DNA of 64,000 nucleotides. Source: Minisyncoccota bacterium (GTDB lineage Bacteria; Patescibacteriota; Minisyncoccia; Phycocordibacterales; UBA2100). The DNA is taken from contig JALHPE010000001.1 of NCBI GenBank assembly GCA_022842645.1, forward strand, positions 199,711-263,710, in the 5' to 3' direction. This document shows, piece by piece, positions 20,700-30,269 of this stretch (position 1 is the stretch's first letter; every line of letters begins with the position of its first letter). The position numbers and the translations under genes were made by a program. The notes below the pieces were generated by a model. That model was not told the DNA's origin. It was given only the letters and a program-made list of their open reading frames with translations, and searched no databases.

Positions 20700-23486
20700 T
20701 TAGTACGTCGGGAAACTCTGTGTGGGCACGGGTGGAGCGAATCGCTCGCGGATCTCCGCCTCGATCTCTCCCCTGTCCTTGCCGAACGTACGATACGAAA
20801 GTTCTTTGAGTGCGTCAACATGCGCGTGGTCGAAGGCGGGTAGGTTGGCTGTCTTGATAGTAAAGGGGCGAGCGGGCGTACCGTTCACAAGGAGTGCAAC
20901 GGATGCGTGTCTATTCTCCTGATTTTCGAGGTCGCTCCTTATGAAGACAGGATGAAATTGTTTTTCGAGAAACTCGGCGTCGGTGGTACCGATGCGAAAT
21001 GCGATTTTCGTGCCGACGTTCCCAATAACTGCATCACGAATCTCCTCCGGAAGCTGTGCAATAAATTGATGCGCGACCGTAAGCGCGAGTTTGTATTTAC
21101 GCGCCTCGGAGAGGATGGTTGAAATGGAGGGAGTAGCAAAGTTTTGGAACTCATCGATATAGAGATAAAAAACCGGGAGATCACCCTTCGTATCCACGCG
21201 GGAGAACGCCGCTTGGAGGAATTTTGATACAAGAACTAACCCTAGAAGCGATGCGTTGCGCTCGCCGAGACGCCCCTTCGAGAGATTGGCGAGGAAGATT
21301 TTCTTACCATCCATCATCTCGCGGAAGTCGAACGCACTCTCCTGCTGGGCGACGATGGGGCGCATGATGTCGTTGGCGAGAAAAACGTCGAACTTCGACG
21401 TGATATAGGGGACGATGTTTTCGAGTGAGGCTTCCCCGCCTGCGGCTTCAGCAATTTTCTTCCAGAACTGCACGATGACGGGATTATTGCAGCGTGAGAT
21501 TTTAAGATTTCTAAACGAAGAATCAGCAAACACACGCGGGATCTCGAGGAAGGTGGAGCCGGTGTCGGGGTCTTCCACCACCAGCTGCACGGCGTTGCGG
21601 TAGTATTGCTCAAACATAGGACCAAACGCCTCGGGCACGTCGGCATAGAGCTTGCGGAAGATTTGGTACACCTCGTCGACGACGAATGTCTTCATCTCCG
21701 GCTTCGCGCGGTCGTATTCGAGCATGTTGAGCCCCATCGGGCGGGCAGAGTACGCCGGGTCAAAGTAAATAACATCTTGTATGCGCTCGGGCGGCACGGC
21801 GGCAAGCACATCCTGAATGTCGTTTCCGTGCGGATCAATGAAGGCAACTCCCTCACCATTCAACATGTCTTGGATGATCATGTTCTTGATGAGCCCGGTT
21901 TTTCCCGTACCCGTCTGCCCAATCACATAGCAGTGGCGAAGGCGATCCTGCACGCCGTAGCGCACCTCGCGCTCGTCGGCGCCATAGCGGTTAAGCCCCA
22001 AGAGAATGCCATCCGCGGGCATCTCGACTGGTGCAGGAGCTTGTTTTGCATGCGCTTTCTTGAGTTCGCGAGAAGTCGTGACGCGCTCAGCAGTAAAGTG
22101 CACCATGGTCGCAATTTCGCTTAGGGAAAGTGGAATCGCAGACGCACTATCGAATGAGCGATAGGTAAAATCACGCAAGGGATTTCCAAATTCAGGAAGC
22201 CAGCCGCTTCCAGCTTTCGTGAATCGCAAACGATTCCCTTTTGAATCATCAAACTGATTGAAGGGTGAAATGAGATTATCAAGAAGCACGTTTGCGCGCG
22301 CCTGATCGGGAGCTGAAGCAACGAGACGAATAACCGCAGGCACAATCCTGCTTTTTATCTTTCTCCCAATTTCTTCGGTTGCCACCTGATCCCCTTGCCG
22401 ATTCGCATGCTTTGCTGCTTCGCGCTCCTTCTCGGAAGTCATGACGGTCTTTACGACATCGTGCACAAAATCACCAAACACTGTTTCAGGAGTTTTCAGT
22501 GCCTCATCGAGATGCTTTCCATGTTCAAGCGCGCGGAGAATCTTTTTGTAGTGTTGGTTGTACCGCTCGCCTTCGGATGAAACGACGATTTGAAGTGCGG
22601 CTCCTTCGCCGTGTTTTGCAATCTTTGCAAACGCAGCAAGAAGCACGTTCATTGGGTCATGCTCGAAAAGTTCGTAGGTTTTGAGTGGGTACGCGGGATG
22701 CTCGGCAAGTGTTGCGGTTGCCGAGGCGTGCGCACCTTCGTAGTTAAAGATGTTGTAATCGCCCCGAAGCTCGGAGATGCGCGCATTGGGGAAGACCGAT
22801 GAGATAAGACGTTCGGCAAGTGCCTGTTTTGCGCGCGGAACAGCCAGATAGAGCGCCGCCTCTTCCGTGCCCTCAGCAACCGCAATTTCAATTGAAAAAC
22901 CTTCGGCAGGAGTAATGAGGGAAAGGAGCCCCGCATAGAGCTGTTCGGAGGATGCGAGGATTTGCTCGAGCTTCTGCTCTCGGCGATCTTCCCCCTCTCC
23001 ATGCGCCTGAGGGTGTATCTCGAAGAGAACGAGGTGGAGTGCTCGGGAGACCCGCTCAGGGGCAGGAATACCCTTCTGTGGGAGCCCCTCGGCGATGTAG
23101 CGTACAAGGACGCGATGGAGGTCATCCTCAAGGTGAGGGTTTTTGAGCTTGCTTACCACCGACAGAGCGTTCCGAATACCCTGCTCGGAAACAATCTTTA
23201 GAAGTCCGTCCATCTGGGTATCGTGCGCCTCGGGCTCGAGTTTTAGCGCCTGGCGTAAAATCTCGTGTTCAGGCATCGCAACTGCTTCGTGCAAGACTCC
23301 TTGCGGAGTAACTGTGCCATATTCCTGCACCTCGCGCCGTGCAATGCGTTCTCTGTCGGGCATGGCAACTGCCTCAATTTCTTTTTCTTTCTCGGCAACG
23401 CGCGCGCGCAAAAATTGCAACTCCTCTTCTGGAGATTTAAACGTGAACGAAGGCGTGATCGCACGCTCCCCTGTTCGCGGCGGCAT
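20700..23486 (-). CDS. Large P-loop NTPase, HerA/FtsK/VirD4-like (DUF87-type) C-terminal domain, about 500-aa acidic helical N-terminal region
   Basis: Walker A VIGQTGTGKTGLIKNM followed by FIDPHGNDIQD (DPHG box of HerA/DUF87-like ATPases). Walker B VFYLYIDEFQNF. Confidence 0.55.
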   Translation of the reverse strand: MPPRTGERAITPSFTFKSPEEELQFLRARVAEKEKEIEAVAMPDRERIARREVQEYGTVTPQGVLHEAVAMPEHEILRQALKLEPEAHDTQMDGLLKIVSEQGIRNALSVVSKLKNPHLEDDLHRVLVRYIAEGLPQKGIPAPERVSRALHLVLFEIHPQAHGEGEDRREQKLEQILASSEQLYAGLLSLITPAEGFSIEIAVAEGTEEAALYLAVPRAKQALAERLISSVFPNARISELRGDYNIFNYEGAHASATATLAEHPAYPLKTYELFEHDPMNVLLAAFAKIAKHGEGAALQIVVSSEGERYNQHYKKILRALEHGKHLDEALKTPETVFGDFVHDVVKTVMTSEKEREAAKHANRQGDQVATEEIGRKIKSRIVPAVIRLVASAPDQARANVLLDNLISPFNQFDDSKGNRLRFTKAGSGWLPEFGNPLRDFTYRSFDSASAIPLSLSEIATMVHFTAERVTTSRELKKAHAKQAPAPVEMPADGILLGLNRYGADEREVRYGVQDRLRHCYVIGQTGTGKTGLIKNMIIQDMLNGEGVAFIDPHGNDIQDVLAAVPPERIQDVIYFDPAYSARPMGLNMLEYDRAKPEMKTFVVDEVYQIFRKLYADVPEAFGPMFEQYYRNAVQLVVEDPDTGSTFLEIPRVFADSSFRNLKISRCNNPVIVQFWKKIAEAAGGEASLENIVPYITSKFDVFLANDIMRPIVAQQESAFDFREMMDGKKIFLANLSKGRLGERNASLLGLVLVSKFLQAAFSRVDTKGDLPVFYLYIDEFQNFATPSISTILSEARKYKLALTVAHQFIAQLPEEIRDAVIGNVGTKIAFRIGTTDAEFLEKQFHPVFIRSDLENQENRHASVALLVNGTPARPFTIKTANLPAFDHAHVDALKELSYRTFGKDRGEIEAEIRERFAPPVPTQSFPTY

Positions 23487-23494
23487 AGGGAGAA

Positions 23495-23520
23495 GTATAC
23501 CGTATCGTGTATACCGTATG
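23495..23520. repeat. Heptad-repeat array family D (GTATNNN x5) directly upstream of the HerA-like ATPase start
   Basis: gtataccgtatcgtgtataccgtatgaggtatagg. Confidence 0.5.
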
Positions 23521-23530
23521 AGGTATAGGT

Positions 23531-24232
23531 TCAGTTTTTTGGGTTCGGTAAACGCAAATTAAGCTTATCCATGTATGTATCTAGATCCAGACTCCCCCGT
23601 TCTAGTTTTTTATTTATCAGTATTGCTAATTCAGCACGAGTCAATCGTTGTGTGAGTATGCAGTATATGTTGAGCAGAAAGACGGATGCATGTATCGAAG
23701 CATCCTCCCAAGTGGTTTCGGTCGTAGCAAGCCCGAGAGCTACTAACGCACCAGCTATATGTATTAGTTCGTTGAACGAACACTGTTTAATAGCGAAATC
23801 AAGCAAATGGGAATCTGACCTACCAGCTAAGAAATAATTTGTATTTTCCCCTTTGTCTAAAACAGACTGATGGAGGGGTTTTGATAACCTTCCAATTGTC
23901 CCAAGTATAAGTGATCTGTATTTTTGTACTCCCAGCACTTCCAAAAATTGCTTCGCCTTTACAGGGTCTCCAGTCTTGAGAAAAAACTTTGCCATTCTCT
24001 GATACACAGTGCCTGTGGAGGTGTCGAGCATGTCATCGAAAGAAGTGGGAGACTCGGACATACGCTCCAGGCTTTTAATGTCTTGGAGGGATTCTTCTCG
24101 TACGCCCAGAAATATCGCTCGTAGGTTCGCATTTTCCAACATCGATCTCGCAACATCGAAGTTGAGTGCATCAAGCTGACTTAGATCTTTATCATCTCGT
24201 GCCTCAATTCTTGATTTAGGACGTTCGAGCAT
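23531..24232 (-). CDS. Hypothetical protein, AT-rich gene (probable horizontally acquired)
   Basis: 233-aa ORF with markedly lower GC than its neighbours. No recognisable motif. Co-directional with, and 44 bp upstream of, the large ATPase. Confidence 0.45.
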   Translation of the reverse strand: MLERPKSRIEARDDKDLSQLDALNFDVARSMLENANLRAIFLGVREESLQDIKSLERMSESPTSFDDMLDTSTGTVYQRMAKFFLKTGDPVKAKQFLEVLGVQKYRSLILGTIGRLSKPLHQSVLDKGENTNYFLAGRSDSHLLDFAIKQCSFNELIHIAGALVALGLATTETTWEDASIHASVFLLNIYCILTQRLTRAELAILINKKLERGSLDLDTYMDKLNLRLPNPKN

Positions 24233-24239
24233 ACGAACA

Positions 24240-25010
24240 TCATACTCTCGTGATTACATCAGGACCATCCTTGGTGACAATAACAGTGTGCTCGACATGT
24301 GCCGTACGCGAGCCGTCTTTAGTGCGGTAGGAGTAACCATCTTTGTCGACGTAGAGCGTGCCCGAGCCGAGGGTAAACATGGGCTCAATCGCTATTACCA
24401 AGCCCTCCACGAGTCTTTCGCCAGTGCCGGGAGCGCCGAAATTCGGCACATGCGGCTCTTCGTGCACCTGCTTCCCCACGCCGTGTCCTGCAAGATTCTT
24501 TGGAAACCCGAGCTTATTTTTGCGCGCGATTTCCTCAACTGCGTGCCCAATGTCGCCTGTTGTGTTGCCCACGCGTGCCTGTGCAATCCCCGCCTCAAGC
24601 GCTTCGTGTGCAAGGCGAATCATGCGGACATCTTCAGGGTCGCGCTTTGTGCCCGCAATCACGGTAATAGCGTGATCAGTGTAGAGTCCACGGTGCTTTA
24701 TGCCAAAATCGAGCTTCACAATATCGCCGTCTGCAAAGACTGCGCCATTATCACTCCCCGGTGAGTGCACAATCACATCGTTCACTGAAACACAGAGCGA
24801 TGATGGATACGGCGTGTCACTCGGACGATCCTTATGCCCTTTAAACGCTGGTTCGTCTCCTTGGCTCGCAATCAGTTCGAGCGCGCACGTTTCGAGTTCT
24901 TTCGCAGAAACACCCGGCGCAACCATGCTCGCAAGCTCTTTCAAATAGGTGCCGAGGCGGCGTCCGCCTTCACGCAAAATCTCTCGCTCCTCTTCCGTTT
25001 TGATGATCAT
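24240..25010 (-). CDS. map: Methionine aminopeptidase type I
   Basis: 256 aa. Metal ligands in DGDIVKLDFG...HGVGKQVHE...LVIAIEPM context. Confidence 0.9.
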   Translation of the reverse strand: MIIKTEEEREILREGGRRLGTYLKELASMVAPGVSAKELETCALELIASQGDEPAFKGHKDRPSDTPYPSSLCVSVNDVIVHSPGSDNGAVFADGDIVKLDFGIKHRGLYTDHAITVIAGTKRDPEDVRMIRLAHEALEAGIAQARVGNTTGDIGHAVEEIARKNKLGFPKNLAGHGVGKQVHEEPHVPNFGAPGTGERLVEGLVIAIEPMFTLGSGTLYVDKDGYSYRTKDGSRTAHVEHTVIVTKDGPDVITRV

Positions 25011-25606
25011 GCAAGTCCGAGTGCTTTAAGAATATTTTGATGAATAGTTTCAGGATCAGGCTCGCCGTCGATTACATGCACAGTGCGACCACGCTCTTTC
25101 AAAAGCGCGAGTTGTGGGAGGACGTCGCTTTTGTACCATGAGAGACGATTTCTTATTCCCTCTTCGGTGTCGTCATTTCTGCCGCGAGCAAGAAGACGCT
25201 CCATCACCGAGCTTTCAGAGAGTTCAATAGAAACCACTTGAAAATCCTCGCGCCCAAAATAGTGCATGGCGTCATCAAAGCCACGCGTTTGATCCGCGCC
25301 GCGCGCGAGACCATCGGCAATCACGTGCTCCTCACCCGTAATGAGTTCTGTAACGAGCTTTTTTGTTTGGAGGTATATGGGCATAAAATCCGGCATGCGG
25401 TGCCCAGCGTCGATCGTAGCACCTGTGAGTTTCCCAGCATACGAACCACCATCGCGGAGTGCACGAAGCTCGGAACCCATATCAATATGAATAATGCCGC
25501 GCTCAGGCTCGCGGTTTTTCAAAAAATCCATGAGGAGTTTTACCTGCGTCCCCTTACCAGCGCCTTGGGAGCCAAAAAAAAGGACCGAGAATGGTCGTGT
25601 GTTCAT
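25007..25606 (-). CDS. adk: Adenylate kinase
   Basis: P-loop FFGSQGAGKGTQ, NMP-binding and LID regions. Immediately upstream of map, as in the spc/alpha cluster. Confidence 0.85.
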   Translation of the reverse strand: MNTRPFSVLFFGSQGAGKGTQVKLLMDFLKNREPERGIIHIDMGSELRALRDGGSYAGKLTGATIDAGHRMPDFMPIYLQTKKLVTELITGEEHVIADGLARGADQTRGFDDAMHYFGREDFQVVSIELSESSVMERLLARGRNDDTEEGIRNRLSWYKSDVLPQLALLKERGRTVHVIDGEPDPETIHQNILKALGLA

Positions 25607-26205
25607 GCGCCCAGATTATAGCCTTCTTTTGTGAGGATTTCTATTACCCCGTCTATCGCCGCCTCGAGCTTCCCTTCCTCATTGGTAATGCGGTAGTCAT
25701 AGAAAGGCGCATCTTCTTCCATCTCGCGACGAGTGTGCGTGAGACGTTCCTGCCACTCAATGTCGCTCATAGGCGCGCGTGCGCGCACACGTTTTTCCAA
25801 AATCTCAAGTGAAGGCGGCATGATGAAAATCGTCGTGGCATCATAGTGCTCCTTCAGGTAGCGTGCGCCGACAATTTGAATGACGGCAAAGACCACTTTC
25901 CCGCTTGCAATGCGGGCTTCTATATCCGGCTTGTAGGTGCCGTAATACGTATCGGTGTCAGCCCGATGATAGTGTTCAAGAATGTTTCCCGCTTGAAGTT
26001 CGGTAAGAAATTTTCCCTTAGTGAGAAAGTGGTAATTGACACCGTTCTCTTCTCCGGGGCGCATGGGACGGGTAGTTGCCGTCACCATGAGAGTCGCGTT
26101 CGGTGCGCGCCTCAGAACGCCTTGCACGACCGAATCTTTCCCGCTCCCTGCGGGTCCTGCAATCACAACCACCTGCTTCTGCATGCGCGCCATAGTAGCA
26201 CGCAA
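25603..26205 (-). CDS. gmk: Guanylate kinase
   Basis: GPAGSGKDSV...TTRPMRPGEENGVNYHF (TTRxxRxGE GMP-binding motif). Confidence 0.8.
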   Translation of the reverse strand: MRATMARMQKQVVVIAGPAGSGKDSVVQGVLRRAPNATLMVTATTRPMRPGEENGVNYHFLTKGKFLTELQAGNILEHYHRADTDTYYGTYKPDIEARIASGKVVFAVIQIVGARYLKEHYDATTIFIMPPSLEILEKRVRARAPMSDIEWQERLTHTRREMEEDAPFYDYRITNEEGKLEAAIDGVIEILTKEGYNLGA

Positions 26206-26208
26206 AAA

Positions 26209-27483
26209 TTAATACTCGCGAATGGAAGTCTGTGCGTCGATCTTTTTGACAACGTCGAGGACGACCGAAACCGCGATGAGGAGTGCCGTGCCGCCAATAG
26301 TCAGCGCGGTGATGCCCGTGATTCCCTGGAGAATGATTGGAAGAACTGCGATGCCACCGAGAAAGAGCGCGCCCACGAGTGTGATGCGGGTAATGATGGT
26401 TGCGAGGTATTCAGCGGTCATTTGTCCTGGGCGAACGCCTGGGATGAAGGCACCGTTCTTCTGGAGATTCTTAGCGACTTGATGCGGTTCAAAGGTAATT
26501 GCAGTGTAGAAGAACGTAAACATGAATACGAGGAGGAAGTAGAAGAAGCCATAAACCCACTGATTTGCGAGGCCGTTCACGACTGCCTGCGCGCCTGCCG
26601 CAAGCCAGCCGATTGACGACTGCGCAACAAAGGTGGCGATCATTTGAGGGAAAAGGAGAATCGAGAGACCGAAGATGATTGGCATGACGCCCGACTGATT
26701 GAGACGAAGTGGAAGATAGGTGGAAACACCGCCCATGACCTTTGCACCACGTACACGACGTGCGTAGGTAACAGGAATCGGACGTTCTGCTTCAGTGATA
26801 AAGACGACGCCAGCCGTGATTGCAATGCCCAAGGCCGCAAATGCGAGGTAGGTTGGCACTTGAGAGACATCGAACGCGAAAGCGACTTGCGCGAATGCGG
26901 CTGGAAGCCCAGCAACAATGCCAGCAAAGATGATGAGAGACACACCATTCCCCACACCGAACTCAGTGATGAGTTCTCCAATCCACATGAGGAGCATGGA
27001 ACCCGCAGCGACGATGAGTGTGTTCACAATTGCAGTTTGAAGATCCATGGGTGGAATAGCACCGTTCTGCTGGAGAAGGAGGAGGAACGCAAAGCCTTGC
27101 AGGAATGCAAGCGGCACCGTGAGGTAGCGTGCGTACTGCATGAATCGTGCACGTCCTGAATCCCCTTCTTCCTGGTACATCTCTTTTATCTTCGGCACAA
27201 GGACCGTGAGGAGCTGCATCACGATAGCGGCAGTGATGTAGGGACCGACGCCGAGCATCACGATGGAAAGATTAGAAAAGCCGCCGCCGGAAAAGACGTT
27301 CAGGAGTCCGAGGAACTGATTGTTAGCAAGAAATGCCTGCACACCTGAGGCGTCGATTGATGGCACAGGAATGGCTGCAAGAAGGCGAAAGACGATAAGC
27401 GCGCCCAAGACAAAAAGGACACGCATCCGGAGAATCGGATCTTCAATGACGATCGTTATCTTGCGCACGAATGCATCAAACAT
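26209..27483 (-). CDS. secY: Preprotein translocase subunit SecY
   Basis: 424 aa, 10 TM helices. Conserved SecY segments (GVQAFLANNQ..., GIAITAGVVFITEAERPIPV). Confidence 0.92.
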   Translation of the reverse strand: MFDAFVRKITIVIEDPILRMRVLFVLGALIVFRLLAAIPVPSIDASGVQAFLANNQFLGLLNVFSGGGFSNLSIVMLGVGPYITAAIVMQLLTVLVPKIKEMYQEEGDSGRARFMQYARYLTVPLAFLQGFAFLLLLQQNGAIPPMDLQTAIVNTLIVAAGSMLLMWIGELITEFGVGNGVSLIIFAGIVAGLPAAFAQVAFAFDVSQVPTYLAFAALGIAITAGVVFITEAERPIPVTYARRVRGAKVMGGVSTYLPLRLNQSGVMPIIFGLSILLFPQMIATFVAQSSIGWLAAGAQAVVNGLANQWVYGFFYFLLVFMFTFFYTAITFEPHQVAKNLQKNGAFIPGVRPGQMTAEYLATIITRITLVGALFLGGIAVLPIILQGITGITALTIGGTALLIAVSVVLDVVKKIDAQTSIREY

Positions 27484-27486
27484 ATA

Positions 27487-27933
27487 TTAAGAAATACTCC
27501 CTCCCGCTTTTTCAATTGCAGCCTTTGCACCCACCGTTGCAAGCACGCCAGAAACCGTCAGCTTCTTAGAAGCCGTAGCGCCCACGAGCTTCACCTGAGG
27601 AGCCTTGCGGCCTTTCTTCACGGAAATAAGCCCTGCTTCAGCGAGTGTTTGTGGGTTGATCGCACCTGTGAGTTTCTCAAGTTGCGAGAGTGTAATCGTG
27701 ACTGGACGCGGCTTCTTTTCCCAAACAGTGCGGCCACGGTTCTTACCGTATCCACGGCGCTTCGGAATTTTCTTGATGATATCGCGGAGTTCCGGTCGAC
27801 GCTTATTACCTGCGCGCGCAGTCTGACCCTTACCACCACGCCCCGATTGTTTACCTCGCGTAGAAGACTGTCCGCGCCCAACACGGCGGTATGCACGCTT
27901 CGTCATTCGCTTGAGTGTGTGAAGTGCTTTCAT
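27487..27933 (-). CDS. rplO: 50S ribosomal protein L15
   Basis: MKALHTLKR...RRVGRGQSSTRGKQSGRGGKGQ... Gly/Arg-rich L15 N-terminus. Confidence 0.85.
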   Translation of the reverse strand: MKALHTLKRMTKRAYRRVGRGQSSTRGKQSGRGGKGQTARAGNKRRPELRDIIKKIPKRRGYGKNRGRTVWEKKPRPVTITLSQLEKLTGAINPQTLAEAGLISVKKGRKAPQVKLVGATASKKLTVSGVLATVGAKAAIEKAGGSIS

Positions 27934-27937
27934 ATAA

Positions 27938-28540
27938 TTATTTTGCAATCTGCTTCAACGCTTCAATAGCAGCACGTGCGTTGTTGATTGGATTGTGCGA
28001 GCGCGAAAGAATCTTTGCAGTAACGTCGGTCACTCCTGCGAGCTCCAAGACTGAACGCACGGATGAGCCGGCCACAAGACCGCGACCCGGAGAAGGACGA
28101 ATCTCAAGCACTGATGCGGCATATTTTGCACTCACATCGTGCTTGATAGAGTTCGTCTTCGTAAGATCAACAGTGATCATTGCGCGCTTTGCAGCACGAG
28201 ACGCCTTCTCGATTGCAAGCTGTGTGTCTGCAGCCTTACCGAGACCAACACCCACACGGCCTTTCTTATCGCCAAGCGCCATACACACGGAGAAATTAAA
28301 ACGGCGACCGCCTGCCATCACACGAGCAACACGACGGATGGAGAGCATTTTTTGCTCAAATTCTGAGCGACGTTCGTCGCCCCCACGGCGCGGACCACGC
28401 CCTCCCCCGCGACGATCGCGACCAGGAGCGCCTCGACCTCCTCGTGCACCACGAACATTCGCCAGCGGAACATTGGCGGGAACATCCGCCACCGCCGCTT
28501 CGCTTACCTGTGCATCAATTACCTGTGTTTCGTCAGTCAT
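27938..28540 (-). CDS. rpsE: 30S ribosomal protein S5 (Arg/Gly-rich N-terminal extension)
   Basis: ...RRVARVMAGGRRFNFSVCMALGDKKGRVGVGLGKA... S5 dsRBD core. Start taken at MTDETQ, 5 nt after the rplR stop. Confidence 0.85.
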   Translation of the reverse strand: MTDETQVIDAQVSEAAVADVPANVPLANVRGARGGRGAPGRDRRGGGRGPRRGGDERRSEFEQKMLSIRRVARVMAGGRRFNFSVCMALGDKKGRVGVGLGKAADTQLAIEKASRAAKRAMITVDLTKTNSIKHDVSAKYAASVLEIRPSPGRGLVAGSSVRSVLELAGVTDVTAKILSRSHNPINNARAAIEALKQIAK

Positions 28541-28544
28541 AGAA

Positions 28545-28892
28545 TTAAAAGTCGAGTCCCGCCTTACGCGCTGCTTCTGCAAACGCCTTGATAGTGCCTT
28601 GGTATTGGAATCCGCCGCGATCAAACACAACTTTCTTCACACCTTTCTCACTCGCACTCTTCGCAAGCGTCTCTGCGGCTTTCTCTGCCTTTTCGCGTGG
28701 TGTCCCGCTTTTCACATCAGAAGAACTGACTGCGGCAAGCGTGATACCGCGCTCGTCGTCGATAATCTGCGCCACCACACGCGTATTCGATTTGAAGATC
28801 GAGAGACGAGGACGCTCCGCAGAACCAGAAACTTTTGCGCGCACGCGATTGTGTCGTCGCTCCCTTTGTTCAGATTTAGAAAGTGTTTGCAT
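28545..28892 (-). CDS. rplR: 50S ribosomal protein L18
   Basis: RHNRVRAKVSGSAERPRLSIFKSNTRVVAQIID. Confidence 0.88.
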   Translation of the reverse strand: MQTLSKSEQRERRHNRVRAKVSGSAERPRLSIFKSNTRVVAQIIDDERGITLAAVSSSDVKSGTPREKAEKAAETLAKSASEKGVKKVVFDRGGFQYQGTIKAFAEAARKAGLDF

Positions 28893-28897
28893 ATTTT

Positions 28898-29440
28898 TTA
28901 TGAAGCCGCAGCTGCTTTCTTACCCTGCTTCTGACGCACGACCTCGCCCTCATAGCGAATACCCTTGCCCTTATATGGCTCTGGCTTCTTGAGTGCGCGG
29001 ATGGATGCGGCAAATTGCCCAACAGCATCCTTATCAGCACCAGAAATCGTGATGATGTTTTTCTCAACGAGTGCCGTGAGTCCTTCTGGGATTGCAACAA
29101 TAACCGGGTGCGAGAAACCGAGTGCCATTTTGAGGTTTTTGCCCTGGAGCTCAGCTTTGTACCCAATACCTTCGATCTGGAGCTTTTTCACAAACGGCGT
29201 ATTCACACCGGAAATCATGTTCTTCACGTGCGCAGCGTAGGTGCCCCAAAGTGCTTTTGCGAGGCGCGAATCATTTGCAGGAGTCACAGAAACTGAACCA
29301 GATTCAACCTTCACAGAAACCGCGCTATGGGTCGGGCGTACGAGCGTGCCGCCTTTCCCTTTCACCGTGATGTCATCCGAAGAGACGGAGACGTCGGTGC
29401 CTGCAGGGATGGAAATAGCGAGTTTGCCGAGTCGTGACAT
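28898..29440 (-). CDS. rplF: 50S ribosomal protein L6
   Basis: MSRLGKLAISIPAGTDVSV...TVKGKGGTL two-domain L6. Confidence 0.88.
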   Translation of the reverse strand: MSRLGKLAISIPAGTDVSVSSDDITVKGKGGTLVRPTHSAVSVKVESGSVSVTPANDSRLAKALWGTYAAHVKNMISGVNTPFVKKLQIEGIGYKAELQGKNLKMALGFSHPVIVAIPEGLTALVEKNIITISGADKDAVGQFAASIRALKKPEPYKGKGIRYEGEVVRQKQGKKAAAAS

Positions 29441-29444
29441 AGAG

Positions 29445-29840
29445 TTACCAGATTTGAAAGAGTGCTTCACCACCTACTTTTTCTTTACGTGCTTCAAGAC
29501 CAGTCTTCACACCTTTTGGAGTTGAGAGGATGACCGCACCATGACCATAGCGCACCGGGGTGATCTCGGTGACAGAAGCATAGATGCGTCGCCCTGGCTT
29601 TGAAATGCGCTTCACACCCTTGATGTGGGGAGCGCCACCTTCGGTGTACTTGAGGTGCACTTCGATGGTCTTCTTTACCTTCTTACCCTTCTTTTCGACT
29701 TGTTTTACCCAACCAGCGTCCTTAAGTTTCTCTGCGATTGCGAGCTTGAATGCGGAAAACGGCACCGAGACGGTTGCCTGCTTCACTGCTCCAGCATTCT
29801 GGATGCGGTTTATGAAATCGCCGACGGGGTCAGTTATCAT
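29445..29840 (-). CDS. rpsH: 30S ribosomal protein S8
   Basis: MITDPVGDFINRIQNA... S8 signature. Confidence 0.9.
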   Translation of the reverse strand: MITDPVGDFINRIQNAGAVKQATVSVPFSAFKLAIAEKLKDAGWVKQVEKKGKKVKKTIEVHLKYTEGGAPHIKGVKRISKPGRRIYASVTEITPVRYGHGAVILSTPKGVKTGLEARKEKVGGEALFQIW

Positions 29841-29846
29841 AGAAAA

Positions 29847-30032
29847 TTACCAAGAGGATTTCTTCACGCCCGGGATATTGCCCTCAAGTGCCTCCTCGCG
29901 GAAGCAGATGCGGCACAGGTTGAAATCGCGCATAAAGCCGCGCGGACGACCGCACTTAAAGCAACGACGAACCGTACGCGAAGAGAACTTCGGCGTGCGA
30001 TTTGCTTTTACGATCATGGACTTTTTGGCCAT
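29847..30032 (-). CDS. rpsZ: 30S ribosomal protein S14 type Z (Zn-ribbon, 61 aa)
   Basis: [46 protein letters not shown] (CxxC...CxxC). Confidence 0.88.
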   Translation of the reverse strand: MAKKSMIVKANRTPKFSSRTVRRCFKCGRPRGFMRDFNLCRICFREEALEGNIPGVKKSSW

Positions 30033-30269
30033 ATGAATGGTGCTCTTAGGAGTGTTTCGAGGCCTGCACCCGGGCTTTCGCCGCTGGGTTATGGACTCTC
30101 GGATGGCCTCTGTTTCTGGCAGTATCCGTCGGATGACGGACTTACGGAAAAACGGAGTCCCCTATGAGGCTCGTGCATACTACCCGAGGAGGAATAGGAA
30201 GTCAAATGCTTGTCATCACAATAATTTTCATATAGCTTTAACAAGGTCATTGGTTTAGAAGGAACACAT

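Noticed and set aside
27915-28934. Long plus-strand ORFs antisense to ribosomal protein genes (e.g. 27915..28934, 339 aa; 29625..30167; 32650..33102)
   Set aside because: They are low-complexity, Arg/Pro/Ser-rich translations of the GC-rich antisense strand of highly conserved minus-strand genes. They were rejected as spurious.
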